DNA from: a virus
Taxonomy: Duplodnaviria; Caudoviricetes
DNA: 64,000 nucleotides
Strand: one strand, 5' to 3'
IMG/VR virus record: IMGVR_UViG_3300028797_000006
Coordinates: 32,001 to 96,000 of that record
Part shown: piece after piece, positions 46,659 to 58,704 of the stretch
Position numbering within the stretch: position 1 is the stretch's first letter
How the letters are laid out: every line of letters begins with the position of its first letter
Notes under the pieces: model-generated
What the model saw: the letters and a program-made list of their open reading frames with translations, nothing else
What the model was told of the DNA's origin: nothing
Databases searched by the model: none
Program-made: the position numbers and the translations under genes

Positions 46659-49274
46659 ATGATCGAAGATTTAACTAATACTGAATGATTGATTAAAAGT
46701 AATGCTACAATAGTAGAAACAACTGTAAGTTATGCAATTAATTTTGAAAGCAATAAAGAAGATTATTCTAGTATAACTTTTCTTCTTGGCGGAAATAATA
46801 TACATTTCTTACAATATGATCAAAAAGATGTAGCCTTTACTAACAATAGTTATTATGTTTTTCCTCCTGTCAATCAAGATTATCGTTTAATTAAAATTAC
46901 TGGCGGCGAGGATGCAGTTAATATAAATTTAATTATTTGATTAACTACAAATGCAAAAAGAGTCCACAGTTATGATTTATTAGATAATAATATCGTAAGA
47001 GAAGATAAAAAGACTTCTTATTTAGTTGGTGTAAATGAATATAATGAAGTTGACACATCTCTTTATACAAAAGTTACATATACACCAAAATGACCATATA
47101 TTATTTTTGAAAGTAAAACTAGTTTTACTTTAGAAGTTTATGATCATATTAAACATTGAGATGGTATTTTAGAGTATTCTACAGATAGAAAACACTGGAA
47201 TACTTGAAGTGGCACAACTATTAGTTCTGCTTATAATAATATTAAAGAAAAACAATGTATTTTTGTTCGTGGATTGAATAATACAGTTATTACAGGATAT
47301 TCAGGAGAATATAGATGAGTTTTAGATGGTTCACAAATAGAATGTCATGGTAATATCGAGGCTTTATTAGATTATAGAAAGATGCAATTATCTCATCCAA
47401 TAATTGGGGATTATTGTTATGCTTGTATGTTCTACAGATGTACAAGTCTTACAACAGCCCCAGAACTTCCAGCTGAAACTTTAGCTAATTATTGTTATGA
47501 ATCTATGTTTAGAGGATGTACAAGTCTTACAACAGCCCCAGAACTTCCAGCTGAAACTTTAGCTAATTATTGTTATGAATCTATGTTTAGAGAATGTACA
47601 AGCCTTACAACAGCCCCAGCATTACCAGCTGAAACTTTAACACAACTTTGTTATGAACATATGTTCCAGGGGTGTACAAGTCTTACATCAGCTCCAGAGT
47701 TACCGGCTGAAACTTTAGCCGACAACTGCTATGAATATATGTTTGCAGGATGCACAAGTCTTACATCAGCTCCAGAATTACCTGTTGAAACTTTAGCTAA
47801 CAATTGTTATCGCGGTATGTTTAGTGGTTGTATAAAACTTGAAGAAGCACCAGAACTACCTGCTAGAAGAATAAATGATTATAGCTATGCTTTTATGTTT
47901 GAAGGATGTACTAATCTTGTAGAGGCACCAGAATTGCTTGCTACAGTTGTAGGGAGTAACAGTTATGAAGGTATGTTTAAGGGATGTACAAGTCTTACAA
48001 TGGCTCCAGAATTATCAGCTGAAACTTTAGCCGCTTATTGTTATAGTCGTATGTTTGAAAATTGTACGAGCCTCATATCTGCTCCAGAATTATCAGCTGA
48101 AACTTTAGCTAACAATTGTTATCAATATATGTTTGCAGGATGTACAAGTCTTACATCAGCTCCAGAGTTACCAACTGAAACTTTAGTTAACGCTTGCTAT
48201 CAATATATGTTTCAAGGATGTACAAGTCTTACTACAATTCCAACATTACCTGCTGAAACTTTGGCTACTTATTGCTATAATTATATGTTTAATAAATGTA
48301 CAAGTCTCGTGTCGGTTCCAACTTTACCGACTGAAACTCTAGCTCAAGGTTGTTATCGAGGTATGTTTAATAAATGTACAGGTCTTATACTGCCCCCAAC
48401 TCTACCAATCGAAACTTTAGCTAACAATTGTTATCAATATATGTTTGAAGGATGTACAAGTCTTACATCAGCTCCTGCTTTACCTGCTGAAACTTTAGCA
48501 GATTATTGTTATGAATCTATGTTTAGGGGATGTACAAGTCTTACATCAGCTCCAGAGTTACCAGCTGAAACTTTAGCTAAATATTGTTATGCACATATGT
48601 TTGCAGGATGTACAAGTCTTACAATAGTTTCAACCTTACCTGCTGAAACTTTAGTTCAATATTGTTATCAATATATGTTTAGTGGATGTACAAGTCTTGC
48701 AACGGCTCCTGTTTTACCTGCTGAAACTTTAGCTTACAATTGTTATGAATCTATGTTTGAAGGATGTACAAGTCTTACATCAGCTCCTGCTTTACCTGCT
48801 GAAACTTTAGCCGCTTATTGTTATGAATCTATGTTTAGTGGATGTACAAGTCTTACAACTGCTCCAGAGCTTCCGGCTGAAACTTTAGCTAATTACTGTT
48901 ATCAATATATGTTTCAAAGATGTACAAGTCTTACATCAGCTCCTGAATTACCAGCTGAAACTTTAGCTAATTACTGTTATCAATATATGTTTCAAGAATG
49001 TACAAGCCTTATAAAACTACCTTATTTACGATGCAAGAACTTGACAGCTGGTTGCTATGGATATATGTTTCAAAAGTGTCATTCACTTCAACTTATTCAG
49101 TCGATAGCGCCAAGGGGTCAATACATATATCCTTATAGTATCCCACCTACTAGAGACGGCACTAGTAGCCAATCATCTGCATTAAGAGGTATGTTTGACT
49201 ATACTGGAGGTATTTTTGTGGGTACGCCAGTAATTAATGAGCAATATTATACAAATAATGAACCAATTGGTTAG
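46659..49274 (+). CDS. BspA/TpLRR-type leucine-rich-repeat protein, 871 aa (6 TGA in N-terminal part)
   Basis: AGGAG RBS; about 21 copies of 26-aa LPAETLA..CY..MF.GCTSLT.AP. Confidence 0.88.
47410..49080 (+). repeat. 78-bp coding tandem repeat
   Basis: Recurrent GCTGAAACTTTAGC and TGTACAAGTCTTAC at 78-bp period. Confidence 0.9.
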
Positions 49275-49288
49275 AATAGGAGTCTAAT

Positions 49289-49510
49289 ATGAACAAAATT
49301 ATCGCACAAAATGTCTCAAACAAAATCTTCAATGAACCAACTGACTTTGAAAGATGTAACATTACAAACTGCACCTTTAACGCAGAGTGTTATTGTGACA
49401 GATGCAACATCATTAATTGCACTAACACATATAACTGCATCTGTGAAAAAAGCAATATCATCAATGAAGATGAAGAAGAGAGACCAGAAGAAGAAATTAT
49501 TGAAGCTTAA
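49289..49510 (+). CDS. Small Cys/Asn-rich beta-helix-like protein
   Basis: AGGAG RBS; CNITNCTFN pentapeptide-like pattern. Confidence 0.6.
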   Translation: MNKIIAQNVSNKIFNEPTDFERCNITNCTFNAECYCDRCNIINCTNTYNCICEKSNIINEDEEERPEEEIIEA

Positions 49511-49635
49511 AAAAGAACCCAATGAGGTTCTTTTTAAATGGACTCGCTAAAGGGATAATGCGGTTTTTGAAGCTCTATGACCTTCTTGAAGCCGCACCTT
49601 TGTTGTTTACGTAGTAAACAAAAAAGGGAGCATCT

Positions 49636-51058
49636 TTAGATGCTCTCTTTCTTTTTCTCCCAAGGCTCTTCGCCTTGAATTGTTTTAATTATATCTTCTG
49701 CGACCCAGTCGGCCAAGAACCATTTTACCTTGACCTCAAAGTCATCAAATTCTCTAGCCCAATGTTCTTTGAGCTTATCTATTTTTTCTCTTGGGATATT
49801 GTGCTTAGTCATCAATTCGTCCAAGCTATCAAAATCAATCTCAAGAGTTGCGTGCACAATTTGTCGTGTTTCTAGAGTTTTTATATTTTCCATTTAGTGC
49901 ACTCCTTAAAGCATATGTCTGGACGGAACTTTATATAAGCTAATTCTTACTACATCATTCTGTTCTGCAGGCTTATCAAAAGTAACTCTTGCAGTACGCT
50001 TAATATGTTTAGCTTTCCTTTTTATAAGTTTTATCCTGTTCATCTAGCGTACCTCATATTCTCTAACGTAGGCGTATTCTTCTACATTAAGTTCATCATC
50101 AATTTCGTCTTTTCTAGCTACTGCGCGATCATAGTCCGCATAGACAGAATCAAGACGAGTAGAGGTGACTTTAGTTTCATAATAATCATCATAGCCGTCA
50201 TCTTCATCCCAGCAAAGATCGTTAGATACTCTTTCTATTGTATCAACTAATACACAATAGACAACACGTTTAAGTTGACCGCCATTATAAGTGATAGTAT
50301 CTTTTATATTGACGGTGCCCATTAATCTAATATCTCCTCTACTGTTTGTTTAAGAAGATTTTTATGATAGCAATAATGCCATCCGCCGCCTGGAATCATA
50401 TCACCTGGATTATGGATGCCAGATACATAATAGCGGCCGTAAGTATCGTCAAGAGAAGCAAAGGTTCTAGCGATGAACTTAGCTGCCTTGAACTCATTAC
50501 AGATACAAAGAGTATGGACTTTATCGTTCACAATCTCGTATACCTGATATTGCGCAAATTCTTCTACTTCATACTTATACATATTAAATACTCCTTACTA
50601 TATCCCAGCAAGCGTGGATTCCCAATAAAAATATTGGACCCAAGAATATATAAGTTGTTAATACAAATAAACACCAAGGACTAAAGAAAATAGCAAAGGT
50701 AATTGCCACAGCTAATGGAGCTAATGATATTAGTATCATAAGAGCTAATAATAAACAATAACAATATTTTTCTAAAGCGGTTTCAAATTTCATTTTTATT
50801 TTCATATTAGTCTCCTTAAGCTACATCACAAATTAAATCAACTACATCTATCGGATCGTCGATTTCACCATGATAATACATATTAAGTATGTCATTAATT
50901 TTTTCTAATTTCTTTTTATTCTCTTCCGCCTTTTTAAGATATGTTTCCATAAAGACTCTAAATTCTGCATCTTTAGGTGCTTTTAATTCATCCATAAATA
51001 GACTAAAGGCTTCTAATGGTTTTAACATTTTACCCATAATTATCTCCTTATAAGTCAT
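49636..51058 (-). CDS. Run of small early hypothetical genes (49636-49893, 50044-50322, 50322-50582, 50584-50805 membrane, 50816-51058)
   Basis: Tightly packed ORFs with RBS, TGA-free. Confidence 0.6.
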
Positions 51059-52160
51059 TTCTTAATCTAACCACGTAAGGATGGCGAAGTCTGCCCAAAT
51101 CGTTCGTTTGCATTGCCTTGACGACTGCATATAATTCGCCATGCTCAATCATCTCTTGCGCTTCGGCTGTTGCAAGCCATTCTCTATCTTCATCAGTTAG
51201 ACCGCTTGTAACGTCACAAGTTGTATTATTATATTCGACTGTGATGCCGTTCGCCCAATGATAGAAGTAAGGCTTAGTCACAGGATAACCTGGTATAGTT
51301 TTTCTATCGACATCTGGTTTAATTTCCACTAGCTCATTAATCTCGTATAATTCGCCTGTTTCTGGATCTTCACTATTTTCACCAGTAAAGATTTCCCAAT
51401 AAGGCCATGTATCTTCGCAATCACCTTCATACCATTTCTTTGGTGGTAAAGCAGCGATTACTTTTAATTCCATTTCAGGAAGTGATTGCTTAAGCTTTAA
51501 TGTTTTCCAAGCTGTTCTGGTGCCTGGCATATATGGATTGTCTTTTCTTTGAATGACTAATCCCTCTCCACCTAAACCAATTATCTCATCGGCTGCCTCC
51601 GCGAAGTCAATGCCATTATAGAGGATAGGTGTTCTCTTAAAATATTCTGCCTCATAATCTTGCGGGACTAAACCTGTGACTTCCTCCGCATATTCGCAAA
51701 TACGCTTTTCATAAGGTGTATTGGTTAGGTCTGTACCCGCGAACATTAATATATCAAATACAAAGGCATAAAGAGGATTATTCTTTTGTCTTTCTATTGC
51801 CTTTTCTGGTAAGCATCTAAGGATTGTGCCGACTGTATTCGCATTAGTGCCGCGTTCTTTAAAACATAGCTCTGCGAGAACTACTGTGTTATCTGGCCAG
51901 TTATCCATTTCCGCTACAAGATGCGGAACTTTGGCTGTATAGTCTCCGTAGACACCAGTCACTTTACTGATACTGCGGCTACGAATTAAGTTTTTTCCTT
52001 TTGTATAATGGATGCACATTGACCAATCGCCATCGCGCTTTTCGGTCGCAATATAAAGGTTGTCTTTGTCTTCGATCATTTCTCTTCTTTTTGGACAATC
52101 ATTTTCATTATTATAGTACTTCATTGGCTCCATCATTGCGAAGTCATCTATTGTTCTCAT
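51048..52160 (-). CDS. ATP-dependent DNA ligase
   Basis: TEKRDG (motif I), FVFDIL, EGLVI, LKLK, LRHP. Confidence 0.88.
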   Translation of the reverse strand: MRTIDDFAMMEPMKYYNNENDCPKRREMIEDKDNLYIATEKRDGDWSMCIHYTKGKNLIRSRSISKVTGVYGDYTAKVPHLVAEMDNWPDNTVVLAELCFKERGTNANTVGTILRCLPEKAIERQKNNPLYAFVFDILMFAGTDLTNTPYEKRICEYAEEVTGLVPQDYEAEYFKRTPILYNGIDFAEAADEIIGLGGEGLVIQRKDNPYMPGTRTAWKTLKLKQSLPEMELKVIAALPPKKWYEGDCEDTWPYWEIFTGENSEDPETGELYEINELVEIKPDVDRKTIPGYPVTKPYFYHWANGITVEYNNTTCDVTSGLTDEDREWLATAEAQEMIEHGELYAVVKAMQTNDLGRLRHPYVVRLRNDL

Positions 52161-52244
52161 ATTTTTATTCCTTTTTAATCTATATTATTATAGTAGACTT
52201 ATATGGCTTAAGCAAGAAAAAAGAGAGTAAAGCCTCTCTTTTAT

Positions 52245-53468
52245 TTATTCTTCTGCATGTTTAATCTTATGAACAATAGGTTCAGAGAAGCCATTACCCA
52301 TAACAATAATTGTTTCTGAGCTCCAATCATCTCTAATTTTTAAGATTCCTTCACGTGCACCCAATTCCACAAGTGCATTAGTAAACCATTTAATAATATG
52401 ATTGACTTCAGTTTCTCCGCCATAATCACGAAGATCCCCTTCAATTGCGATTAAAGAACCTTCTCCAAGGACATTTTCATTCGCCTCAGAAGTATCTACA
52501 AAATACCATTCAAGACTTCCTTCACTGCCCATAGGAATTCCGCAACCTTTTTCATTATCATCAAAAGCTTTACACCAGACATTTTGATGGAAATCTTCCC
52601 ATTCAGGTGAACGATACTTAAATTGTAGTCCGTCTTTCCAAAGGATAGGTTTACCCAAAATCTTTTCAAGTTCTTCTGGTTTTCTATATGAATATTGTAT
52701 TGTTCCTATAGCGTGTGTCCATTGACTCATAGTTAGTTCTCCTTATAATAACTTTCTAAAGCGCACATAATATTGTAAAGATTTAATACAATTTTTCTAT
52801 TTGTTTCACTTAAAGGTACGCCGTCGCAGTCTACACCAGAATCAAGTTCTTTTTTATATTCTGCTATTCTCCATTCGATACCTTTTTTAAGTTCTTCAAA
52901 GGCTTTAAGTGATTTTTCAATAGTATCTAAGTTAGTTAAATCTATAATACTTCCATATGTAGTATTACCTTCTACTTTAATTAATTTGGCTTTAATCTTA
53001 TAAAAAGCTTCTAATTCTTTATTCATATTTCTTTAACTCTTCCATAAGGTCATTATAATAGTAATCATCTGTGTCTAATAACCCGGCAATCAAAAAGCCT
53101 GTGCCAAACCATTCTTTATTCTTTGTTCGTAAGAAATAACATTCAGTAGGTTCATCACCTTTTTCATAACGATAAGTGCTGCCATCTTTATTGACCATAG
53201 TAGCTTTATAAATAATATGTTGTTCAGGAGCATATAACCAATAACAGCTATCTATCTCATATGCTAAATCCTCAAGAAGTTCTTCATCAACTTCTTCATT
53301 ATCTAGGTCGATAGCTTTATCAATGCGCCAATAATCTAAACGACTTAAGCGGATTTTTCCGTCATCAAAACATTTATAAATTTTGCCGACTTCTGGTGCT
53401 GGTGAATCGTGTCCTTCACCACAGTTAATTACTACAACACCACCATCATTCTTTTGTTTGAATTTCAT
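52245..53468 (-). CDS. Three hypothetical early genes (52245-52730, 52733-53026, 53019-53468)
   Basis: Packed ORFs with RBS, TGG-only Trp. Confidence 0.6.
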
Positions 53469-53557
53469 AATCTTATATCCTTTTTAATCTATATTAGTAT
53501 AGCAGACTTTTTAGATTAAGGCAAGTAAAAAGCCCTTTTTAAGGGCTTATTTATTGA

Positions 53558-54745
53558 TTACTTATATTGTGCGCCTCAAACTACGAATCGTTTTGCAGAA
53601 GAGCCAGTGAATGTAATTGTTGTTTCTTCACTAATAGATAATGTTATCTCTTGTAAGTAATTATCTGCGCTTCCATTTAAAGTGAAAGGATTATTATTAG
53701 CTATACCGGAATCTGAAGTAAGAGCGATAGCTTCATGAGTAATACCGCTAATATTGAGTGAAAGGCTATTTACTCCATTCCAAGCAGCAGCATAGAATTT
53801 TAGTTCAGTTGCAGTTCCAGGAACTGTTATTGACATTGCGCCGCCTTTTTTAGAGGTGCCCACCTTAATGCCATTAATACCATTTACAGTACAAGAAGTG
53901 CCTTCTGTTACACCAGTCATAGTCGCATCTTGCCAAGAACCAGTAGACTCTTTCCAATGAGCTGTAAGTGTTATATCTTCAGTAATTGTCAATGGAAATG
54001 AGACCTCTGTTTCTCCAATATACCAAGCATCAAATTCTTTTCCGGTTGGAGCAGTAAATTCAGAGTGAGTAGGAGTTGTAATTTGTTCATTTTCAATTAC
54101 TCTTATTGAATCTTTTGTTCCTGACCCCTCGCCGGCGCTGAATGATACTGTATATTTAATTACAGGTGCTGGCTTATTATAGGCAAAGTTTTCTAATTGT
54201 GTACTTCTATCCTCATCAGTCCAGTTACATCTTGATTCCGCAGCACCAAATTCATCTTGTGTATAAAAATAAATTGGTCCATAAGAATCTCCAACATTAC
54301 CAGAATATGCTCTGCCATAATCATTTGAGAAGCTATATAATAATGTTCTTGAGCCTTCATGTTGTTTTAATAATCCACTTGATAAATCTCAAGTTGAACT
54401 AGTGTTTTTTAAGGCAGTATCAGAAGTACCTTTATAACCTAAATTATATGAACCGCGTTGAATAGTAACTGTTGTATTAGTAGTAAAAGTAACTGTAAAT
54501 AGTGCTTCTGATGGGTCATTGGTTGTTTCCATTTTATCTCCACCAGTATAGGTTAAGTAATGTTCTTCATCATCAATAAGTGTGCGGCAATAAAATTCAT
54601 TTACATAATCACTACTTGTCGCAACATAATCTCTAGTTAATGCCAATGTATGAAACTCTGGCTTAGCTATAAATACTGTCGTAAGCGCGGTAATAGACAC
54701 ACTAACGACAGAAAGTAAAGTTCATTTTTTATTAGTTGTAGTCAT
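53558..54745 (-). CDS. Secreted/surface protein with signal peptide and InlB-B-repeat-like domain (TGA-recoded)
   Basis: MTTNKK(W)TLLSVVSVSITAL signal; YTVSF..GEG...F.AWY...ITEDITLTAHWK. Confidence 0.7.
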
Positions 54746-54855
54746 ATCTTTTTACCTCATCTTATAACTATAACAAGTGAGACCGTAAAAGACAAATTTA
54801 CTCTAAATCTCTATAAATAAGTCCGTATAAATCTAATTTGATTTAAAATTTGAAT

Positions 54856-56515
54856 CTATTTAGATTCAGTTTCATAAAGTTGATAACTATATCTTATACC
54901 ATTCTTTAAGGCTTCAAACTCTTCTTCATTCAAAAGAACGCGAGTAAAGTTAAGCCAATGATTTTTATAAAAGAAGTAATCAAAAGAACCTTTTATAAAA
55001 GTATTATAAAATGTTATCATTTCCGGCATAGCTCTATCGAGCAAATCGAGATATTGTGTCGCAGGAACTAGGTCATCAAGGTAGTCCAACATCTCGTAAA
55101 CATCTTTACAATCCATTGGTCCACCATCAGGTCCTTCATTATATTCATCAATAGCATACTTGATATTCTGCGCATTTAAGCAAAGTGTATGCTCTAGTTT
55201 TTCAAACTTTTGTTCATTATTCATCTAATAAATCTCCTCTCACTACATAGCGAGGATAAATACCGTTTTTATGTAAAACATCATAATAACTTTCTTCTAC
55301 GGCTAATATTCCTACCTTCGTAAGAAAATCTAATGTATAACTAACTGCATAATCCGGTACGCGGATTAATTCTACAGTATGTGTTACCATCATAGTTGGA
55401 TGTTTAATATATGGCTCGATGTTATAGTGACATTGTAAATTAAAAGGTTGTTTCATTATTTAAATACCTTTCTGGAGTCCTCTAATCTTTTTTCGTTCTT
55501 CTCTATGGCTTCTTTAGAAGGAGGTGTTAATGCTTCTCTTAAAGCATCCGATTCATTTTTTTCTTCTATTTCTGCCAAATCCCAAACGGCTTCTTGTAGA
55601 CATTGTGCCGCATGAGATACTTTAACAGCATCTTCTTTCTTTTCTAAGGCTTCTTGTAAAAATTCAAGCTCTAATTCTATTTCATCTAATTGTTTAATTC
55701 TTTTTCTAAGAAAGTTTTGTCTTTGAGCTTTATTTAATTGTTTAATTTTTTCTGCAATCATATTATTTCTTTCCGTTAAATTTATCAATCATTTTTTGTA
55801 TTTCACGCTCTTTTTTATATTCTTTGATATCGTCAATCATTATCCAAATTAACATACCTACTTCCGCACCAGCAATAAGTATTAAAAGAACTGCCATTAT
55901 AATAAGTATAACAATTAAAAATTTAACCATACTATTACCCCACTATTATTTTACTAATCGCGCAACAGATACCAGTAACCAATAACATTATTGATCCACT
56001 AAATAATACCCAACGGATGTTTTCGCGCGAGAAAGTATGTCTAATATCTTCCCAAATTTTTCTGAAGAATGCTTTAATCTTAAATTGAAGTTTAATCATA
56101 AATTGACTCTCCTGTATCTATGCCCCAAATTGTGCAGAATACTGCAGACAGTAACATGCACAAGAAGGCAATTAAATAAACTACGCCCAACATTGCCCAA
56201 GCTAAAATAATAAAAGGTATAACAATAATTGTAGAAATAACTCTAACAATAACCGCGAAAATTTTATCTATCATACCAAAAGTCCTCCAATTCTTCTCTT
56301 GTAGGTGGAAGGCTTGCCGCAGGTATTGTTTCAATAATAGGTGCGACAACATCTCTTGATTTTTCAAGCTCACTTAATTTTGTGTAAGCATCTTGTTCCA
56401 TCCATTCGATCACAGCCTTATAATCTGGATCGTGTTCATCTATTGTAATTGCGAAAAGACCGCTACCATAACGTGCGTGCTTTTTCAAAATTTTTGCTAT
56501 TTCAATACTATTCAT
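54856..56515 (-). CDS. Run of small early hypothetical genes, some membrane
   Basis: Packed ORFs 54856-55224, 55217-55456, 55456-55788, 56264-56515 and others. Confidence 0.55.
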
Positions 56516-56784
56516 CTTTTTAATCTCCTATTGTATTATAATAAACTATTTGGATTGAGGCAACTAATTCTGGCTTTTCGCCGCACGATTTTTTATTGGA
56601 GGAACGACAATAAAAAAAGAGGTCGATGTTAATCGACCTCTCTGATTTCATCCTTTGGCGCCTTATAGGTCACATTGTCCTTTAGGCGTCTGACTTGCAC
56701 GGTAGTAGAATCAATCTCTTTAATTATCTCTACTGTTTTATTAGTTCTAATATCAATATATTTCATTCTACTACCTCCTGGACT

Positions 56785-57516
56785 TTACTCTATGTCCTTA
56801 TAAAGTTCGGCTTTCCAGTATTCAGTATGATATTTCATTGGCTTAAATAGCTTGAATATACAGAACTTATCCTGTTCAACCTTTACGTGATTCATTGCGA
56901 AGTAATTGTGGAATGGAACCATATAGCCTACGATGTCGTTATGGTCGTAGAAGTTGTAACACTCTTTTGTGCACTTGCTAAGATATTCTCTCATATCCGG
57001 ATCTTTGCCGGCCCAAGGTTTAACACTACCATAAGTAAATAGGTGTGCTTTAACCCCATAATTGAAGAATAAATCTTGCGCGCACAATTGAGCTATTGCT
57101 GAGCCAAGTGACCAGCCAATAATTTCAACCTCTTTTACGCCAACTTCATCTATTAAAGCCTTATATTCATCTCTAATAAGGTGTTTGAGGGCGCAGTATA
57201 GGTCTACCCATCCACGTGCTGCTTTAAGTTGGATGTCCTTCCCATCAAATTGGAACCTATCATAATAGGTATCTGGGAAGTTAAAGTTCGCCATCCATTG
57301 CGATTTTGATGATGTCTCTTTGAAATAGATTTGAATTACATCTCTTGCCTTCTCATACCATATCCAGTAGTAAGCATCATGCTTGTGACCATGACGGCAG
57401 GTGTATTCAACCTTCTTATAAGGGATATGCATGCGGGGATATCCGCCGTAGTTCCCATTTGATTGATCGGCAAAGTATTGCTCGAATCTTAGTCTTTTAT
57501 ATTCCATAATAAGCAC
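56785..57516 (-). CDS. Class 3 lipase-like alpha/beta hydrolase
   Basis: GWSLG nucleophile elbow, FTYGS, DIVG, H near C-terminus. Confidence 0.8.
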   Translation of the reverse strand: MLIMEYKRLRFEQYFADQSNGNYGGYPRMHIPYKKVEYTCRHGHKHDAYYWIWYEKARDVIQIYFKETSSKSQWMANFNFPDTYYDRFQFDGKDIQLKAARGWVDLYCALKHLIRDEYKALIDEVGVKEVEIIGWSLGSAIAQLCAQDLFFNYGVKAHLFTYGSVKPWAGKDPDMREYLSKCTKECYNFYDHNDIVGYMVPFHNYFAMNHVKVEQDKFCIFKLFKPMKYHTEYWKAELYKDIE

Positions 57517-57535
57517 CTCTTTATAGAAGTTTAGC

Positions 57536-58261
57536 TTATTTAGGTTCTCCGGTCAAGTTTTTACGCGCGATTTGCTTGTCGATTGCAATTCTATGGATAT
57601 CAGGGGTATTCTTTAATACTCCGCTAGTGACGATTTCTTTTAATGAGACAGGAGTATAGTTGATATGCTCCGCACAAATATTCATATAAAGTGAATTGTA
57701 ATCTAAATTATGTTGATGTCCATGGATATTGAAGAGAAATTCTGGTAACCATCCAATTGGCTCATGTGATAAAACGATTTTATTTGAAATTATAACTGCG
57801 CCTTCATAGACTTCATCAAAGAGATGATTATCTTCATAAACATCATCTTTTGGTTTTACAGTGCCGCACTCAGGACACCAAGCATATTCATAACCGCAGT
57901 TATAAGCAGTTAATAAATCATGATTAACTTCTCCTCCACATTTTGGGCAAGTATCTGAATTATGTTCTATTTCAGTTATCTTTCTTTTGTAATAACTTGC
58001 GCCGCGGTCATGGTTTCCTAAAATTAAAACCTTATAGCCTGCTTTTAACTTTTTGACGCGTTCAATGTCACCAACGTCTCCTAAAATAATAAGAGTATCA
58101 TTCTTGTGAACTACTGCGTTAATGCGGTTAATTTGTTCTTCATCTGTGATACCACGAATGGCATTCATTTCTGCGTCGCCAAAATGCGGATCGCTATAGA
58201 GGTAAATTGAACCTCCGCGATACCAGCGTTGCGCGAAAACATCATACAAATGTTTAATCAT
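57536..58261 (-). CDS. Calcineurin-like metallophosphoesterase with Zn-ribbon insertion
   Basis: SDPHF, LGDVG, LGNHD, SHEP, IHGHQH; CPKC...CPEC insert. Confidence 0.85.
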   Translation of the reverse strand: MIKHLYDVFAQRWYRGGSIYLYSDPHFGDAEMNAIRGITDEEQINRINAVVHKNDTLIILGDVGDIERVKKLKAGYKVLILGNHDRGASYYKRKITEIEHNSDTCPKCGGEVNHDLLTAYNCGYEYAWCPECGTVKPKDDVYEDNHLFDEVYEGAVIISNKIVLSHEPIGWLPEFLFNIHGHQHNLDYNSLYMNICAEHINYTPVSLKEIVTSGVLKNTPDIHRIAIDKQIARKNLTGEPK

Positions 58262-58279
58262 AATAAATCCTTTCTTTAA

Positions 58280-58355
58280 TGGCACCGCTAGTAGGATTTG
58301 CACCCACGTAAGACGACTTAGAAGGTCGTTGCATCATCTTCTATGCTATAGCGGT
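58280..58355 (-). tRNA. tRNA-Arg(UCU)
   Basis: Cloverleaf, loop CTTCTAA, CCA. Confidence 0.9.
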
Positions 58356-58360
58356 AAATT

Positions 58361-58435
58361 TGGCACCCTTGGTAGGAGTTGCACCCGCATCCTGAGTTTC
58401 GTAGACTCACATTCTATCTGTTGAACTACAAGGGT
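58361..58435 (-). tRNA. tRNA-Arg(ACG)
   Basis: Cloverleaf, loop CTACGAA, CCA. Confidence 0.9.
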
Positions 58436-58438
58436 AAA

Positions 58439-58529
58439 TGGCAGAGACGGTGGGATTCGAACCCACGGGCCCGTTACAGGCACACAAGATTTCAAATCTA
58501 GGCGCTTATGACCACTTGCGCACGTCTCT
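58439..58529 (-). tRNA. tRNA-Ser(UGA)
   Basis: Long variable arm, loop TTTGAAA, G73, CCA. Confidence 0.9.
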
Positions 58530-58618
58530 AGATGGTTACTCCCAACATAAACCTGATAAAGGGGTTTCACCTGGCATTCTTTTTTATCTGCTCATGACTA
58601 GTATTGAGCAAGTAGGTT

Positions 58619-58704
58619 TGGCAGAAGCGGAGAGATTCGAACTCTCGGTCCTTGCGGACTCTTGTTTTCTAGACAAGTGGTTTAAACCGCTCACCCACAC
58701 TTCT
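58619..58704 (-). tRNA. tRNA-Ser(AGA)
   Basis: CTTGT-CTAGAAA-ACAAG, variable arm, G73, CCA. Confidence 0.88.

Noticed and set aside
47410-49080. CRISPR array or DGR
   Set aside because: The repeats are in-frame 78-bp LRR units without unique spacers; no cas or reverse transcriptase gene is present.
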